Shown piece by piece: positions 1 through 7,606 of a DNA stretch of 24,000 nucleotides (positions within the stretch are counted from its first letter, which is position 1; each line of letters starts with the position of its first letter). The DNA comes from Pyrococcus horikoshii OT3 (GTDB taxonomy: Archaea > Methanobacteriota_B > Thermococci > Thermococcales > Thermococcaceae). Both the position numbers and the translations under genes were made by a program. The notes beneath the pieces were generated by a model. That model was given only the letters and a program-made list of their open reading frames with translations, was not told where the DNA came from and searched no databases. Where the stretch lies: assembly GCF_000011105.1 (NCBI RefSeq), contig NC_000961.1, forward strand, positions 487,940 to 511,939, written 5' to 3'.

Positions 1-20
1 TAGACACGAACATAAACCAC

Positions 21-935
21 ATGATAAGCCTCAGCGTCCTTAACTTAGCCCAGCTCGGAATAAAGTACGGCATATTTAAAGCTGTGGCTTCCAGGCCAAG
101 CTACGAGGAGCTCTTGTCCCAGATACCTGTTCCGAACAAGCCATTGCTAAAGAAGCTGATCGAGCACCTGAAAGCCTTAGGAATAATAGAGGAGACCCCG
201 AGCAATCTGATACTTAACGGGTTCTCCTACGTCTTGAAGTTCCCAAAGGAGGATTACATGTTACTCCTCTCGGATTGGATTCCAATATGGGAGGAAATTT
301 ACAAGATGGTTGACTTCGCTTTGATCTCGTACAGTCACCCCTACGTTCTCATGGACTTCGACAAGGATGCTGACTTCTGGGATATAAGGTTATCTTCCTC
401 CTTTAATAAGACCTACAGGGATGCAATAATAAACCTAGGCGAGATAAGGGAGGATAGCTACATCCTGGATCTCGGTTGCGGTTCCGTTTCCCCGGCTTAC
501 TTCGGGAAGTTCATAAGCGAGGATGGGAAATACGTTGGAGTTGACTACTCTCCAGGATTGCTCGAGATAGCGAGGGAGAGGGTTGAGAGGAATGGGTTAC
601 CCGCTGAGCTCAAGGAGATGGATGTTTCGCTTATAAGGACTAGGAGTAAGTACGACGTTGCAATAATGAGCTTCCTGCTGGAGTACGTTAGGGATAGAGA
701 GGAAGTCCTTGGGAAGGTCCTGGAAGCTTTGGACTCTGGAGGAAAGTTAATAATAGTCGAGGCTTTTAGAGATGAGTTCGAGAACATCCAAGCCATGGAG
801 TTCTTTGAAAGCTTGAACAGGTCCTTCGTCGGTTACCCTGCTAAAGCTGAGATAAAGAAGGCTATACTACGGGAAGGCTTCGACGTCAGCTTCGAGGATT
901 ACGGTAAGTCCATCCTCGTGGTTAGGAAGCTCTGA
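21..935 (+). CDS. Class I SAM-dependent methyltransferase with N-terminal winged-helix (O-methyltransferase dimerisation-type) domain
   Basis: 304-aa ORF. SAM motif I is ILDLGCGSVSP, followed by GVDYS and AIMSFLLEY. The N-terminal part (YEELLSQIPVPNKPLLKKLIEHLKALGIIEE) looks like a wHTH. The reading frame is open to the left window edge, so the true start could lie upstream. Confidence 0.75.
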   Translation: MISLSVLNLAQLGIKYGIFKAVASRPSYEELLSQIPVPNKPLLKKLIEHLKALGIIEETPSNLILNGFSYVLKFPKEDYMLLLSDWIPIWEEIYKMVDFALISYSHPYVLMDFDKDADFWDIRLSSSFNKTYRDAIINLGEIREDSYILDLGCGSVSPAYFGKFISEDGKYVGVDYSPGLLEIARERVERNGLPAELKEMDVSLIRTRSKYDVAIMSFLLEYVRDREEVLGKVLEALDSGGKLIIVEAFRDEFENIQAMEFFESLNRSFVGYPAKAEIKKAILREGFDVSFEDYGKSILVVRKL

Positions 936-937
936 CC

Positions 938-953
938 TTTACTTCTTTTTGTT
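938..953 (+). terminator. Oligo-T tract after the methyltransferase stop (archaeal terminator candidate)
   Basis: TTTACTTCTTTTTGTT lies directly after TGA 933-935. Archaeal termination typically uses T-runs. Confidence 0.35.
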
Positions 954-959
954 GTGTGC

Positions 960-985
960 ACCTACATATGTAGGTACATAGGTAC
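960..985. promoter_or_regulatory. 16-bp perfect palindrome plus TACATA boxes upstream of the fla promoter (candidate EarA-type activator site)
   Basis: ACCTACATATGTAGGT (960-975) is a perfect palindrome. TACATA occurs at 963-968 and 975-980 on + and at 967-972 on -. TAGGTAC is directly repeated at 971-977 and 979-985. The cluster lies about 40-60 bp upstream of the TATA candidate. Confidence 0.45.
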
Positions 986-1012
986 TTCAATTCTTACGAG
1001 CACTTCCACACG

Positions 1013-1030
1013 CAAAAAATGGCTTTATAT
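1013..1030 (+). promoter_or_regulatory. Candidate BRE/TATA of the archaellum operon
   Basis: Purine-rich CAAAAAAT (1013-1020) is followed by TTTATAT (1024-1030). The predicted TSS is near 1050-1056, leaving a short leader that carries GAGGTGA (1069-1075). Confidence 0.5.
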
Positions 1031-1080
1031 CCAGCTATTTTTAGAAAATATTGAAAAACTTCCAAGGGGAGGTGACAGTA

Positions 1081-1785
1081 GTGCCAAGGAAGGGTGCTGT
1101 GGGTATTGGTACCCTTATAGTGTTTATTGCTATGGTGTTAGTGGCTGCAGTAGCTGCTGCAGTGCTCATCAACACTAGTGGATACTTGCAACAGAAGGCA
1201 TCGGGGACTGGTAGAGAGACAACTCAAGAAGTAGCAAGCGGAATCAAGGTTGACAGAGTAGTCGGTTATGCTCCGGACATAACTGGGGACATAACAAGAC
1301 TTGCTGTTTACATCTCACCGAATGCCGGAAGCTCAGGGATTGACCTAAACAAGGTTAGGGTAATTCTAAGCAATGGACAAAAGGAGGTTTCCCTTAAGTA
1401 CAACTACGTCTATAATGCTACATCCAGCACCCAGACATACGTTGCACTTCCACAGGGCAACATATTCAATGATATTGTTCTTGGAGTAAATGGAACCAGT
1501 GAAAATGCAGCTTCCACCCAGGTAAACTTCAACTGGTCTCTCCTGACAGGATCAACGTTCGGTTTAATAGTGCTCCAAGATGCTGACGGAAGCGTGAAAG
1601 CAAGTACTCCAACTCTCAACCAGGGAGACCTTGTTATCATAGCTATCGATGTAGACGCAGCCCTTGGAGGAATACCACCAAGGACTTCAATTACTGGTGA
1701 GGTTATTCCTGAGCAGGGTGCTCCTGGCGTTATAGAATTCACAACACCAAGCACATACACGGCACATGTTATGGAGCTTCAGTAA
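1081..1785 (+). CDS. flaB1: Archaellin (flagellin B family), first of five tandem paralogues; numbering is positional
   Basis: The ORF track starts at ATG 1051, but I place the start at GTG 1081. GAGGTGA (1069-1075) lies 5 nt upstream. The product then begins VPRKG|[21 protein letters not shown], colinear with the class III signal peptides of the paralogues. The C-terminus is [22 protein letters not shown], and several N-x-S/T sequons are present. Confidence 0.95.
1093..1175 (+). repeat. 83-nt block identical in flaB1, flaB2 (1827-1909) and flaB3 (2465-2547)
   Basis: Read directly: ggtgctgtgggtattggtaccc...gtgctcatcaacac is identical, including all synonymous positions. Confidence 0.9.
1695..1760 (+). 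repeat. 66-nt 3' block of flaB1 identical to flaB2 2351-2416
   Basis: tggtgaggttattcctgagcagggtgctcctggcgttatagaattcacaacaccaagcacatacac is identical in both genes. The flaB3 3' end differs at the DNA level. Confidence 0.9.
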
Positions 1786-1818
1786 TTTCCTTTCAAATTT
1801 TTAGGAGGTGAAAGGAAA
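1786..1818 (+). other. Inverted repeat (9-bp arms, 15-nt loop) spanning the flaB1-flaB2 junction
   Basis: TTTCCTTTC (1786-1794) pairs with GAAAGGAAA (1810-1818). The loop AAATTTTTAGGAGGT contains a T5 run and the flaB2 Shine-Dalgarno. The 3' arm ends on the A of ATG 1818. The stem is AU-rich (3 GC pairs). Confidence 0.35.
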
Positions 1819-2441
1819 TGAGGAGGGGTGCTGTGGGTATTGGTACCCTTATAGTGTTTATTGCTATGGTGTTAGTGGCTGCAGTAGCTGCTGCAGTGCT
1901 CATCAACACGAGCGGTTACCTCCAGCAAAAGAGCCAGGCCACTGGTAGGCAGACCACCCAGGAAGTAGCAAGCGGAATCAAAGTAACAAGTGTTATTGGT
2001 CACGTAGATACAACGAATAATGCCATAGACAAGCTAGCAATTTATGTCTCACCCAATGCTGGAAGTGAAGGTATTGACCTGAGATATACTAAAATAGTTC
2101 TAAGGAGCAAGAGTCAAGAGGTTTCACTTTACTACAACCGCAGTAATTACTACAATGGGGCAGTAGATAACATATTTGACATTTCAGGAGTTTGGCCTTC
2201 AAATGGCTACACCTTCGGAATAGTTGTCATTCAAGATAGTGACAACTCAGTCCAGCAGAATTATCCAACGCTTAACCAGGGAGATCTGGTAGCACTGACT
2301 GTAAATGCTAATGCAGCTCTCGGTGGTATAAAGCCAGGAACTTCAATTAGTGGTGAGGTTATTCCTGAGCAGGGTGCTCCTGGCGTTATAGAATTCACAA
2401 CACCAAGCACATACACCGAAACTGTTGTCGAGTTACAATGA
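1818..2441 (+). CDS. flaB2: Archaellin (flagellin B family), paralogue 2
   Basis: The N-terminus is MRRG|[42 protein letters not shown] lies 6 nt upstream. It has the archaellin C-terminus. Confidence 0.95.
   Translation: MRRGAVGIGTLIVFIAMVLVAAVAAAVLINTSGYLQQKSQATGRQTTQEVASGIKVTSVIGHVDTTNNAIDKLAIYVSPNAGSEGIDLRYTKIVLRSKSQEVSLYYNRSNYYNGAVDNIFDISGVWPSNGYTFGIVVIQDSDNSVQQNYPTLNQGDLVALTVNANAALGGIKPGTSISGEVIPEQGAPGVIEFTTPSTYTETVVELQ
1827..1990 (+). repeat. 164-nt block identical between flaB2 and flaB3 (2465-2628)
   Basis: A base-by-base reading shows identity from the Gly codon after the signal-peptide basic residues through ...gcggaatcaaagtaacaag. Confidence 0.9.
2351..2416 (+). repeat. 66-nt 3' block of flaB2 identical to flaB1 1695-1760
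   Basis: See the partner repeat at 1695-1760. Confidence 0.9.
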
Positions 2442-2455
2442 AGGGGGTGGTTTAA

Positions 2456-3460
2456 GTGAAGAAAGGTGCTGTGGGTATTGGTACCCTTATAGTGTTTATT
2501 GCTATGGTGTTAGTGGCTGCAGTAGCTGCTGCAGTGCTCATCAACACGAGCGGTTACCTCCAGCAAAAGAGCCAGGCCACTGGTAGGCAGACCACCCAGG
2601 AAGTAGCAAGCGGAATCAAAGTAACAAGAGTTGTTGGTAAAGCCGACAGTGCCACCAATCCAACTTATATTCAAGAGTTAGCTGTTTACATAACACCAAA
2701 TGCTGGAAGCTCCGGAATTGACTTAACTAAGGTAAGGATAACTCTAAGTGATGGACAGAAGCAGGCAATATTCAAATACAGAGTTGGGAATTCAGCTAAT
2801 GAACTCTACTTCCTAGCCGAGCTAATGCAGAACCTTGGAGCTACGATAAAGTTCGATAATGGAAGTGTTCAGGTGTACTTTGATCCAACTGACTGGACAT
2901 CAGCAGCACCAACAGTAATAATTGATACAACTAACAAGGTCATAGAGATAGTAAATGCTACTGTAGATAGTAATGATAATCATATTAAACCTGCGACAGA
3001 CAGTAATGTCACTATAAGCTTTGACACTCCAGTGAGCTTATATGCCTTTGCTAATCCAGTCAGTGACGTGTTCGATAATGATGCCTTTAACAACTTAACG
3101 ACTAAGACTGACTTTGGAATAGCAGTGCTTCAAGACAGCGATGGGAGCTTAGACAACAAGGAGTATCCAACCTTAACCAAAGGCGATCTAGTAGTACTCG
3201 CTCTGAGGGTAGGAGGGACTCAGTCATTAGGATACAGCTCTGGAGTTAGCAAGATATCAGTGATATCCACAACAACTACTGACGTTTTAACAAAGCAATC
3301 TAGCGTTAATGTCACAATTACATGGACAGCAGTGTTTGGAAATGGATTCGACACCGGAACTAAGGTTACTGGAAAAGTCATTCCAGAATTTGGTGCTCCT
3401 GGAATCATAGAGTTCACGACTCCATCAACTTACACCCAGCAGGTCATTGAGCTTCAGTGA
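2456..3460 (+). CDS. flaB3: Archaellin, paralogue 3, enlarged (334 aa) by insertions in the variable middle domain
   Basis: GTG start with GGGGGTGG upstream. The N-terminus is MKKG|AVGIG... The conserved core motifs ([34 protein letters not shown]) are separated by extra segments that flaB1 and flaB2 lack. Confidence 0.93.
2465..2628 (+). repeat. 164-nt block identical to flaB2 1827-1990
   Basis: See the partner repeat at 1827-1990. Confidence 0.9.
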
Positions 3461-3496
3461 TTTCTTTCTAGCTCTCTTCACCTTTTAGTTTTTCTT
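3461..3496 (+). terminator. T-rich intergenic tract between flaB3 and flaB4 (internal terminator/attenuator candidate)
   Basis: TTTCTTTCT...CCTTTTAGTTTTTCTT. This 56-nt spacer is the longest intergenic gap inside the archaellin array; the others are 10-32 nt. Confidence 0.3.
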
Positions 3497-3516
3497 AAAC
3501 TTAAGGGGGTGATAGC

Positions 3517-4161
3517 ATGAGGAAGGGAGCAATAGGCATTGGTACACTGATCGTCTTTATCGCAATGGTTCTAGTAGCCGCAGTAGCCGCGGGGGTAATC
3601 ATAGGAACAGCAGGTTACCTCCAGCAGAAAGCCCAAGCAGCAGGGAGGCAAACAACCCAGGAAGTTGCAAGTGGAATAAAGATCGTCAATGTATTCGGCT
3701 ACATAAACGCAACTCCCCCAAGCAATGGAACGATAGTCAAGATGGCCATCCTGGTAACTCCCAACGCTGGGAGCAGTGGAATTGACTTAAGCAACGTTAA
3801 GATAGTGCTCAGCGATGGGAAGAGGTTAGCGGTTTACAACTACAGCGGAGTACTATACACGGGGAAGATACTCGACCTCTTCAACTTGACGATCTGGAAG
3901 AATACCAGCAACGGAACCTTCAGCATTGCAGTGGTTAATGACGTTGGTTCAAAGATGGAGAACCACCACCCAACCCTCGAGTGGGGTGACACCGTTGCAC
4001 TGCTCCTCAGAACTGACGATGTCTTCGAGTACGAAGGTAAGGGTGGAATAGGGCCATCCACAAAGATAATAGGGAAGGTGATTCCGGATGCTGGAGCTGC
4101 TGGAGTTATAGACTTCACGACTCCCCCAACGTTTGGCTACAACGTGTTAGAGTTGCAGTGA
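3517..4161 (+). CDS. flaB4: Archaellin, paralogue 4 (second sequence subfamily)
   Basis: The N-terminus is MRKG|[35 protein letters not shown]. The C-terminus is [28 protein letters not shown] lies upstream. Confidence 0.95.
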   Translation: MRKGAIGIGTLIVFIAMVLVAAVAAGVIIGTAGYLQQKAQAAGRQTTQEVASGIKIVNVFGYINATPPSNGTIVKMAILVTPNAGSSGIDLSNVKIVLSDGKRLAVYNYSGVLYTGKILDLFNLTIWKNTSNGTFSIAVVNDVGSKMENHHPTLEWGDTVALLLRTDDVFEYEGKGGIGPSTKIIGKVIPDAGAAGVIDFTTPPTFGYNVLELQ

Positions 4162-4171
4162 GGTGGTGTGA

Positions 4172-4939
4172 ATGAGGAGGGGTGCTATTGGTATTGGAAC
4201 GCTCATCGTGTTCATCGCAATGGTATTGGTAGCTGCGGTAGCTGCTGGAGTGTTAATTACAACCAGTGGCTACCTTCAGCAGAAGGCCATGGCCACTGGT
4301 AGGCAGACCACCCAGGAAGTAGCAAGCGGAATCAGAGTGAGTGGCATTTATGGCTATACTCCTTCAAACCCTCCAGGAAGTGGAAAGATAACGAGGCTAG
4401 TAGTCTACGTTACTCCAAACGCTGGTAGCGGAGGTATTGATCTCGCCCATGTTAGAGTTGTATTAAGTGACGGTAAAAGAATGGCAGTGTATAGGTACTA
4501 TGATTCAGACAAAGACCAAGGACTCCAAGCAGGCTATTTCCTATATGCAGGGGATATTGAGAACATAGTACCCTACTTTAACGATACAGATGTACTCTCA
4601 GTAAGCAATTATACAACGGTAACCAGTGTCGCTGATGTCTGGAAGAATCTATATTATGCAATGACACAAGACAATAAGATGCTCTTTGGAATTGTGGTCG
4701 TTGCAGATGACGATGATAGCCTAAGCAATACAGCTCATCCCACGCTTGGGTTTGGAGACAAAGCCGCCCTAATCTTGTGGACGATACCATTCGATGACGA
4801 CAATGATTACAGCAATGGCTATGGAATACCACCTAGCACAAAAGTCGTTGGGAAGGTAATCCCAGAGAATGGTGCGGGTGGAGTTATAGACTTCACGACT
4901 CCATCGACTTACACGGATAACCTAATGGAGCTCCAGTGA
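4172..4939 (+). CDS. flaB5: Archaellin, paralogue 5 (second sequence subfamily)
   Basis: The N-terminus is MRRG|[35 protein letters not shown]. The C-terminus is [29 protein letters not shown] lies upstream. Confidence 0.95.
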   Translation: MRRGAIGIGTLIVFIAMVLVAAVAAGVLITTSGYLQQKAMATGRQTTQEVASGIRVSGIYGYTPSNPPGSGKITRLVVYVTPNAGSGGIDLAHVRVVLSDGKRMAVYRYYDSDKDQGLQAGYFLYAGDIENIVPYFNDTDVLSVSNYTTVTSVADVWKNLYYAMTQDNKMLFGIVVVADDDDSLSNTAHPTLGFGDKAALILWTIPFDDDNDYSNGYGIPPSTKVVGKVIPENGAGGVIDFTTPSTYTDNLMELQ

Positions 4940-4949
4940 GGTGATAGCG

Positions 4950-5432
4950 ATGGCCCTTGACTTCCTAACTTCATTATTCAAGAAGAAGGAGAAGGAGGAG
5001 GAAAGGAAGGAAGAAACCTTCGAGGAGGTAACGGTTGAAGAACTTGAGAGCAGGGTTGAAGAGAAGCAGCAGAACGAGCAGATAGAGCAGATAATGGAGA
5101 GGCTCAACGACATCGAGAACGATCTCCCGAGGGTTAAGATAAGCATCGACAACATAAAGAAGCAGATTCAAGAGATCAGGGAGGAGATAGAGAGGCTCGA
5201 CAAGACGATAAAGGACATAATGATGCTCTACGAAGTAGTCTCTCAGGAGATAAACCCATTCAAGGAGCAACTAAGCCAGGAGTCATCGCTAAGTAGTGAA
5301 ATCCAAGAGCTCAAGAAGCAGATAGAAGAGCTGAAGATGGAGCTCGCCCAAGTTAAGAACGACATCAAGGTGCTCGCTGGCTACGGTGTCGACTTAGATT
5401 CGATCCTCTACGAGGTGCTGGCGGAGGTGTGA
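4950..5432 (+). CDS. flaC: Archaellum accessory protein FlaC (coiled-coil)
   Basis: The ORF track starts at GTG 4941, which lies inside the SD GAGGTGA (4938-4944). ATG 4950 follows 5 nt later. The product is a heptad-rich E/K/I coiled coil of about 160 aa. It lies between the archaellins and flaD, as in Thermococcales and Methanococcales fla operons. Confidence 0.7.
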   Translation: MALDFLTSLFKKKEKEEERKEETFEEVTVEELESRVEEKQQNEQIEQIMERLNDIENDLPRVKISIDNIKKQIQEIREEIERLDKTIKDIMMLYEVVSQEINPFKEQLSQESSLSSEIQELKKQIEELKMELAQVKNDIKVLAGYGVDLDSILYEVLAEV

Positions 5433-5435
5433 CCC

Positions 5436-6635
5436 ATGGAGATGGGCTATGTAACTGATGCAGAGATAAATGCAAAGCTTGCAGAGCTTAAGGGAAAGGT
5501 TCCCAGCGTCGTCATAAACGAGCTAAGGGAAAAGCTAATGGCCAAGAAGGATACGCTAACGCCAAAGCAACTTGACGAGATAATAAAGAGGGTTCTTGAT
5601 GCTTATGGAAGTCAAGCGGCTAAGTACGAGCAGATAAGTAAGAGGGTTGATGAGCTAGGTAAGAAGTTGGGTGAGTTAAGCTCACAGTTATCGAGGCTCG
5701 TCGAGGCCCTCGAGGAGAAGAAGTTCGCAGTTCATGAGAAGAAGGCCGAGAGCATAGCGGAAAAAGCAGCTGAAGTCACCGAGAAGGTTGAGAGGATTGA
5801 GGAGTTACTTGAGGAGAAGCCCAAGGAAGAGAAGTCAGAGCTGGCTAAGAAGGTTGAGGAGATACACAAGAAGGTTGAGGAGTTAGAGGAAAAGCTAACC
5901 GGTGAAAAGTTGGAGGAGACTAAGAAGAAGGTTGAGGAGTTGGAGGAGAAGATTGAGAAGGGAGAAGAGGTTACCGCTGAGGAAGTTGGTGAATTAGCTG
6001 AAAAGGTTGAGGAGTTGGAAGCTGAAGCTGCTAAGCCCGAAGAAGAGGTTGTTGTTGAAGTTCCCGAAGAGGAGGAAAAGGTTGAGGTTGTTGAGGAGGA
6101 AGTTCCTCCTGAAGAGGAAGAAGTTGTAACCCCTGAAGTTGAGGTTGTTGAGGAGGAAAAGAAGGAGGAAGTGGAAGAGGAAAAGGAGAAGGAGGAGGTG
6201 GGTAAAATGTCCGAAAAGATGAAGATCCCAGAGGACATCGCGAGCATCCTATTCGAGGAAGAGCCAAAGAAGGCTAGGCTCGAGGAAATACCTGAGGACG
6301 TGGTGTCCATAATGATAGCCCTCAAGTGGCTTGGCTTCCTAATCGACAGGGTGGGAATACAGAACCTAGAGAAAGTCCTTGAGTTCTACTACGAGATCGG
6401 CTGGATAAGCGAAAAGGTTCTCAACCAGCTCCTCAGATTTGCCAGGGGAACTAGGCCTCACCACAGGGATCCCGAATGGAAGCCTGCTGAGAAGTTAACC
6501 GTCCAAGATCACCTGATAAGCCTCCTCTTCATAGAGAGGCTTAGGGGCCTAAGGATCACGAGGGATGTACTAGATAAGCTTGAAAGGGAGGTGAAGATGC
6601 TAGAGAAGACCCTCGATGAGTTCTATGGAGTCTAG
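5436..6635 (+). CDS. flaD: Archaellum protein FlaD (FlaD/E family) with a long acidic low-complexity insert
   Basis: The C-terminal region (IMIALKWLGFLIDRVGIQNLEKVLEFYYEIGWISEKVLNQLLRFARG) is typical of the FlaD/E domain. The middle third is an E/K/V-rich repeat. Confidence 0.85.
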   Translation: MEMGYVTDAEINAKLAELKGKVPSVVINELREKLMAKKDTLTPKQLDEIIKRVLDAYGSQAAKYEQISKRVDELGKKLGELSSQLSRLVEALEEKKFAVHEKKAESIAEKAAEVTEKVERIEELLEEKPKEEKSELAKKVEEIHKKVEELEEKLTGEKLEETKKKVEELEEKIEKGEEVTAEEVGELAEKVEELEAEAAKPEEEVVVEVPEEEEKVEVVEEEVPPEEEEVVTPEVEVVEEEKKEEVEEEKEKEEVGKMSEKMKIPEDIASILFEEEPKKARLEEIPEDVVSIMIALKWLGFLIDRVGIQNLEKVLEFYYEIGWISEKVLNQLLRFARGTRPHHRDPEWKPAEKLTVQDHLISLLFIERLRGLRITRDVLDKLEREVKMLEKTLDEFYGV

Positions 6636-6651
6636 CCTGGAGGGGTAACCA

Positions 6652-7119
6652 TTGGGGTTCAGCGTTTCAGCGAGTGCAGCGATAGTCTTTATTTCTTTTT
6701 TAATAGGATTGGGGACTCTCTACATAGCATGGGAGAATAGTTACCTTGAGGTTCAAGCCGCGAGGGAGTTTTGGTATTCGCTCCGCACTTCCCAGTTACA
6801 CTTCGATATTGGTAACGTTTCGATATCTTACGTTAATTCGACTCACGTTGATGTCGCGTTCACCTATCTAGGTCAAACCCTTGAGGGTAAAATTGATGTG
6901 CTTCACAACGGTACCTATGTGTCTTCCGTCGATGTCACCTATCTAATCCCCGGCGAGAGCTATAGTATAACTATCCCCGGGGGAGATACGAGCGGGAGCT
7001 TAAATCACCTAACCCTCGCTTTCAATAACGGTTGCGTGGCGATCATAGCTTACCATTACAATGGAACCGCATACGTTGTTGACTCAACCTCGATTCAATG
7101 CCCGATGGAGGTGAGCTGA
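6652..7119 (+). CDS. flaF: Archaellum protein FlaF
   Basis: TTG start at 6652 with GGAGGGG upstream. The N-terminus is an archaellin-like hydrophobic segment (MGFSVSASAAIVFISFLIGLGTLYIAW), followed by a beta-rich domain. Operon position also fits. Confidence 0.8.
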   Translation: MGFSVSASAAIVFISFLIGLGTLYIAWENSYLEVQAAREFWYSLRTSQLHFDIGNVSISYVNSTHVDVAFTYLGQTLEGKIDVLHNGTYVSSVDVTYLIPGESYSITIPGGDTSGSLNHLTLAFNNGCVAIIAYHYNGTAYVVDSTSIQCPMEVS

Positions 7120-7592
7120 TGACCGCTGGAGGTCCAGCAAGCGAGCTAATAATGTTCATCGTTGCAGTGATCATAGCGGGTAGCGTAGCTGGGGCCTTAG
7201 CTTACGTCACCAACGATCTAGCGAACAGCATGAAGGATAGGGGAACAATGCTAGCTGATAGCTTGAGGGTTGACTTCGCGATAATTAACGATCCCAGCAA
7301 GATTCCGGTTAGTGGGACTGGCCCTTACACATACACCTTCTACGTCAAGAACATAGGGAAGGATTCAATAGCTTTCAGCTCTAACTCAATCCAAGTGTTC
7401 ATAGATGGTAACATAATCCCTCCCGCGAATTTAACGTTCACCGATGTTAACGGGAACTCGATAAGCTCCTTAGATCCTGGGGAGGTAGGGGCGATCCAAG
7501 TGACTCTTGGGAATGCTTTGGATCCAGGGTACCACAGGATACAAGTGGTTCTAGAGAACGGGAAGGAGAGGGTTTTGATCTTTAAGATCTGA
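7119..7592 (+). CDS. flaG: Archaellum protein FlaG
   Basis: The ORF track starts at 7098. I prefer ATG 7119, which overlaps the flaF stop (TGATG), with GGAGGTGA 4 nt upstream. The N-terminus has a hydrophobic helix (ELIMFIVAVIIAGSVAGALAY). Confidence 0.8.
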   Translation: MTAGGPASELIMFIVAVIIAGSVAGALAYVTNDLANSMKDRGTMLADSLRVDFAIINDPSKIPVSGTGPYTYTFYVKNIGKDSIAFSSNSIQVFIDGNIIPPANLTFTDVNGNSISSLDPGEVGAIQVTLGNALDPGYHRIQVVLENGKERVLIFKI

Positions 7593-7606
7593 AGGAGGGA
7601 TCCAGC

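Noticed and set aside
1051-1080. ATG 1051 as the flaB1 start (ORF-track call)
   Set aside because: It would add 10 residues ([10 protein letters not shown]) ahead of the class III signal peptide and place the SD inside the coding region. All four paralogues start 3 residues before the conserved Gly (G|A cleavage site).
954-1178. 74-aa + strand ORF spanning the fla promoter and the 5' end of flaB1
   Set aside because: It is out of frame with the archaellin and covers the TATA and SD region. Its Cys/Tyr-rich product has no coding-like features. It is most likely a chance ORF.
1093-2628. Regularly spaced identical sequence blocks, which could be mistaken for a repeat array or CRISPR
   Set aside because: The blocks are 83-164 nt long, spaced about 640 nt apart, in frame, and encode archaellin N-termini. 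They are paralogue homology and gene conversion, not a CRISPR or satellite array.
3499-3510. CTTAAACTTAAG near-palindrome before flaB4
   Set aside because: The arms are only 5 bp with a 2-nt spacer, so it cannot form a hairpin and is too short to call an operator.
5732-6325. 197-aa Ser/Thr-rich ORF, and a 78-aa Pro-rich ORF at 6031-6267, on the - strand
   Set aside because: Both are antisense translations of the GAG/GAA/AAG-rich FlaD repeat. The low-complexity composition mirrors the sense strand. There is no SD or promoter.
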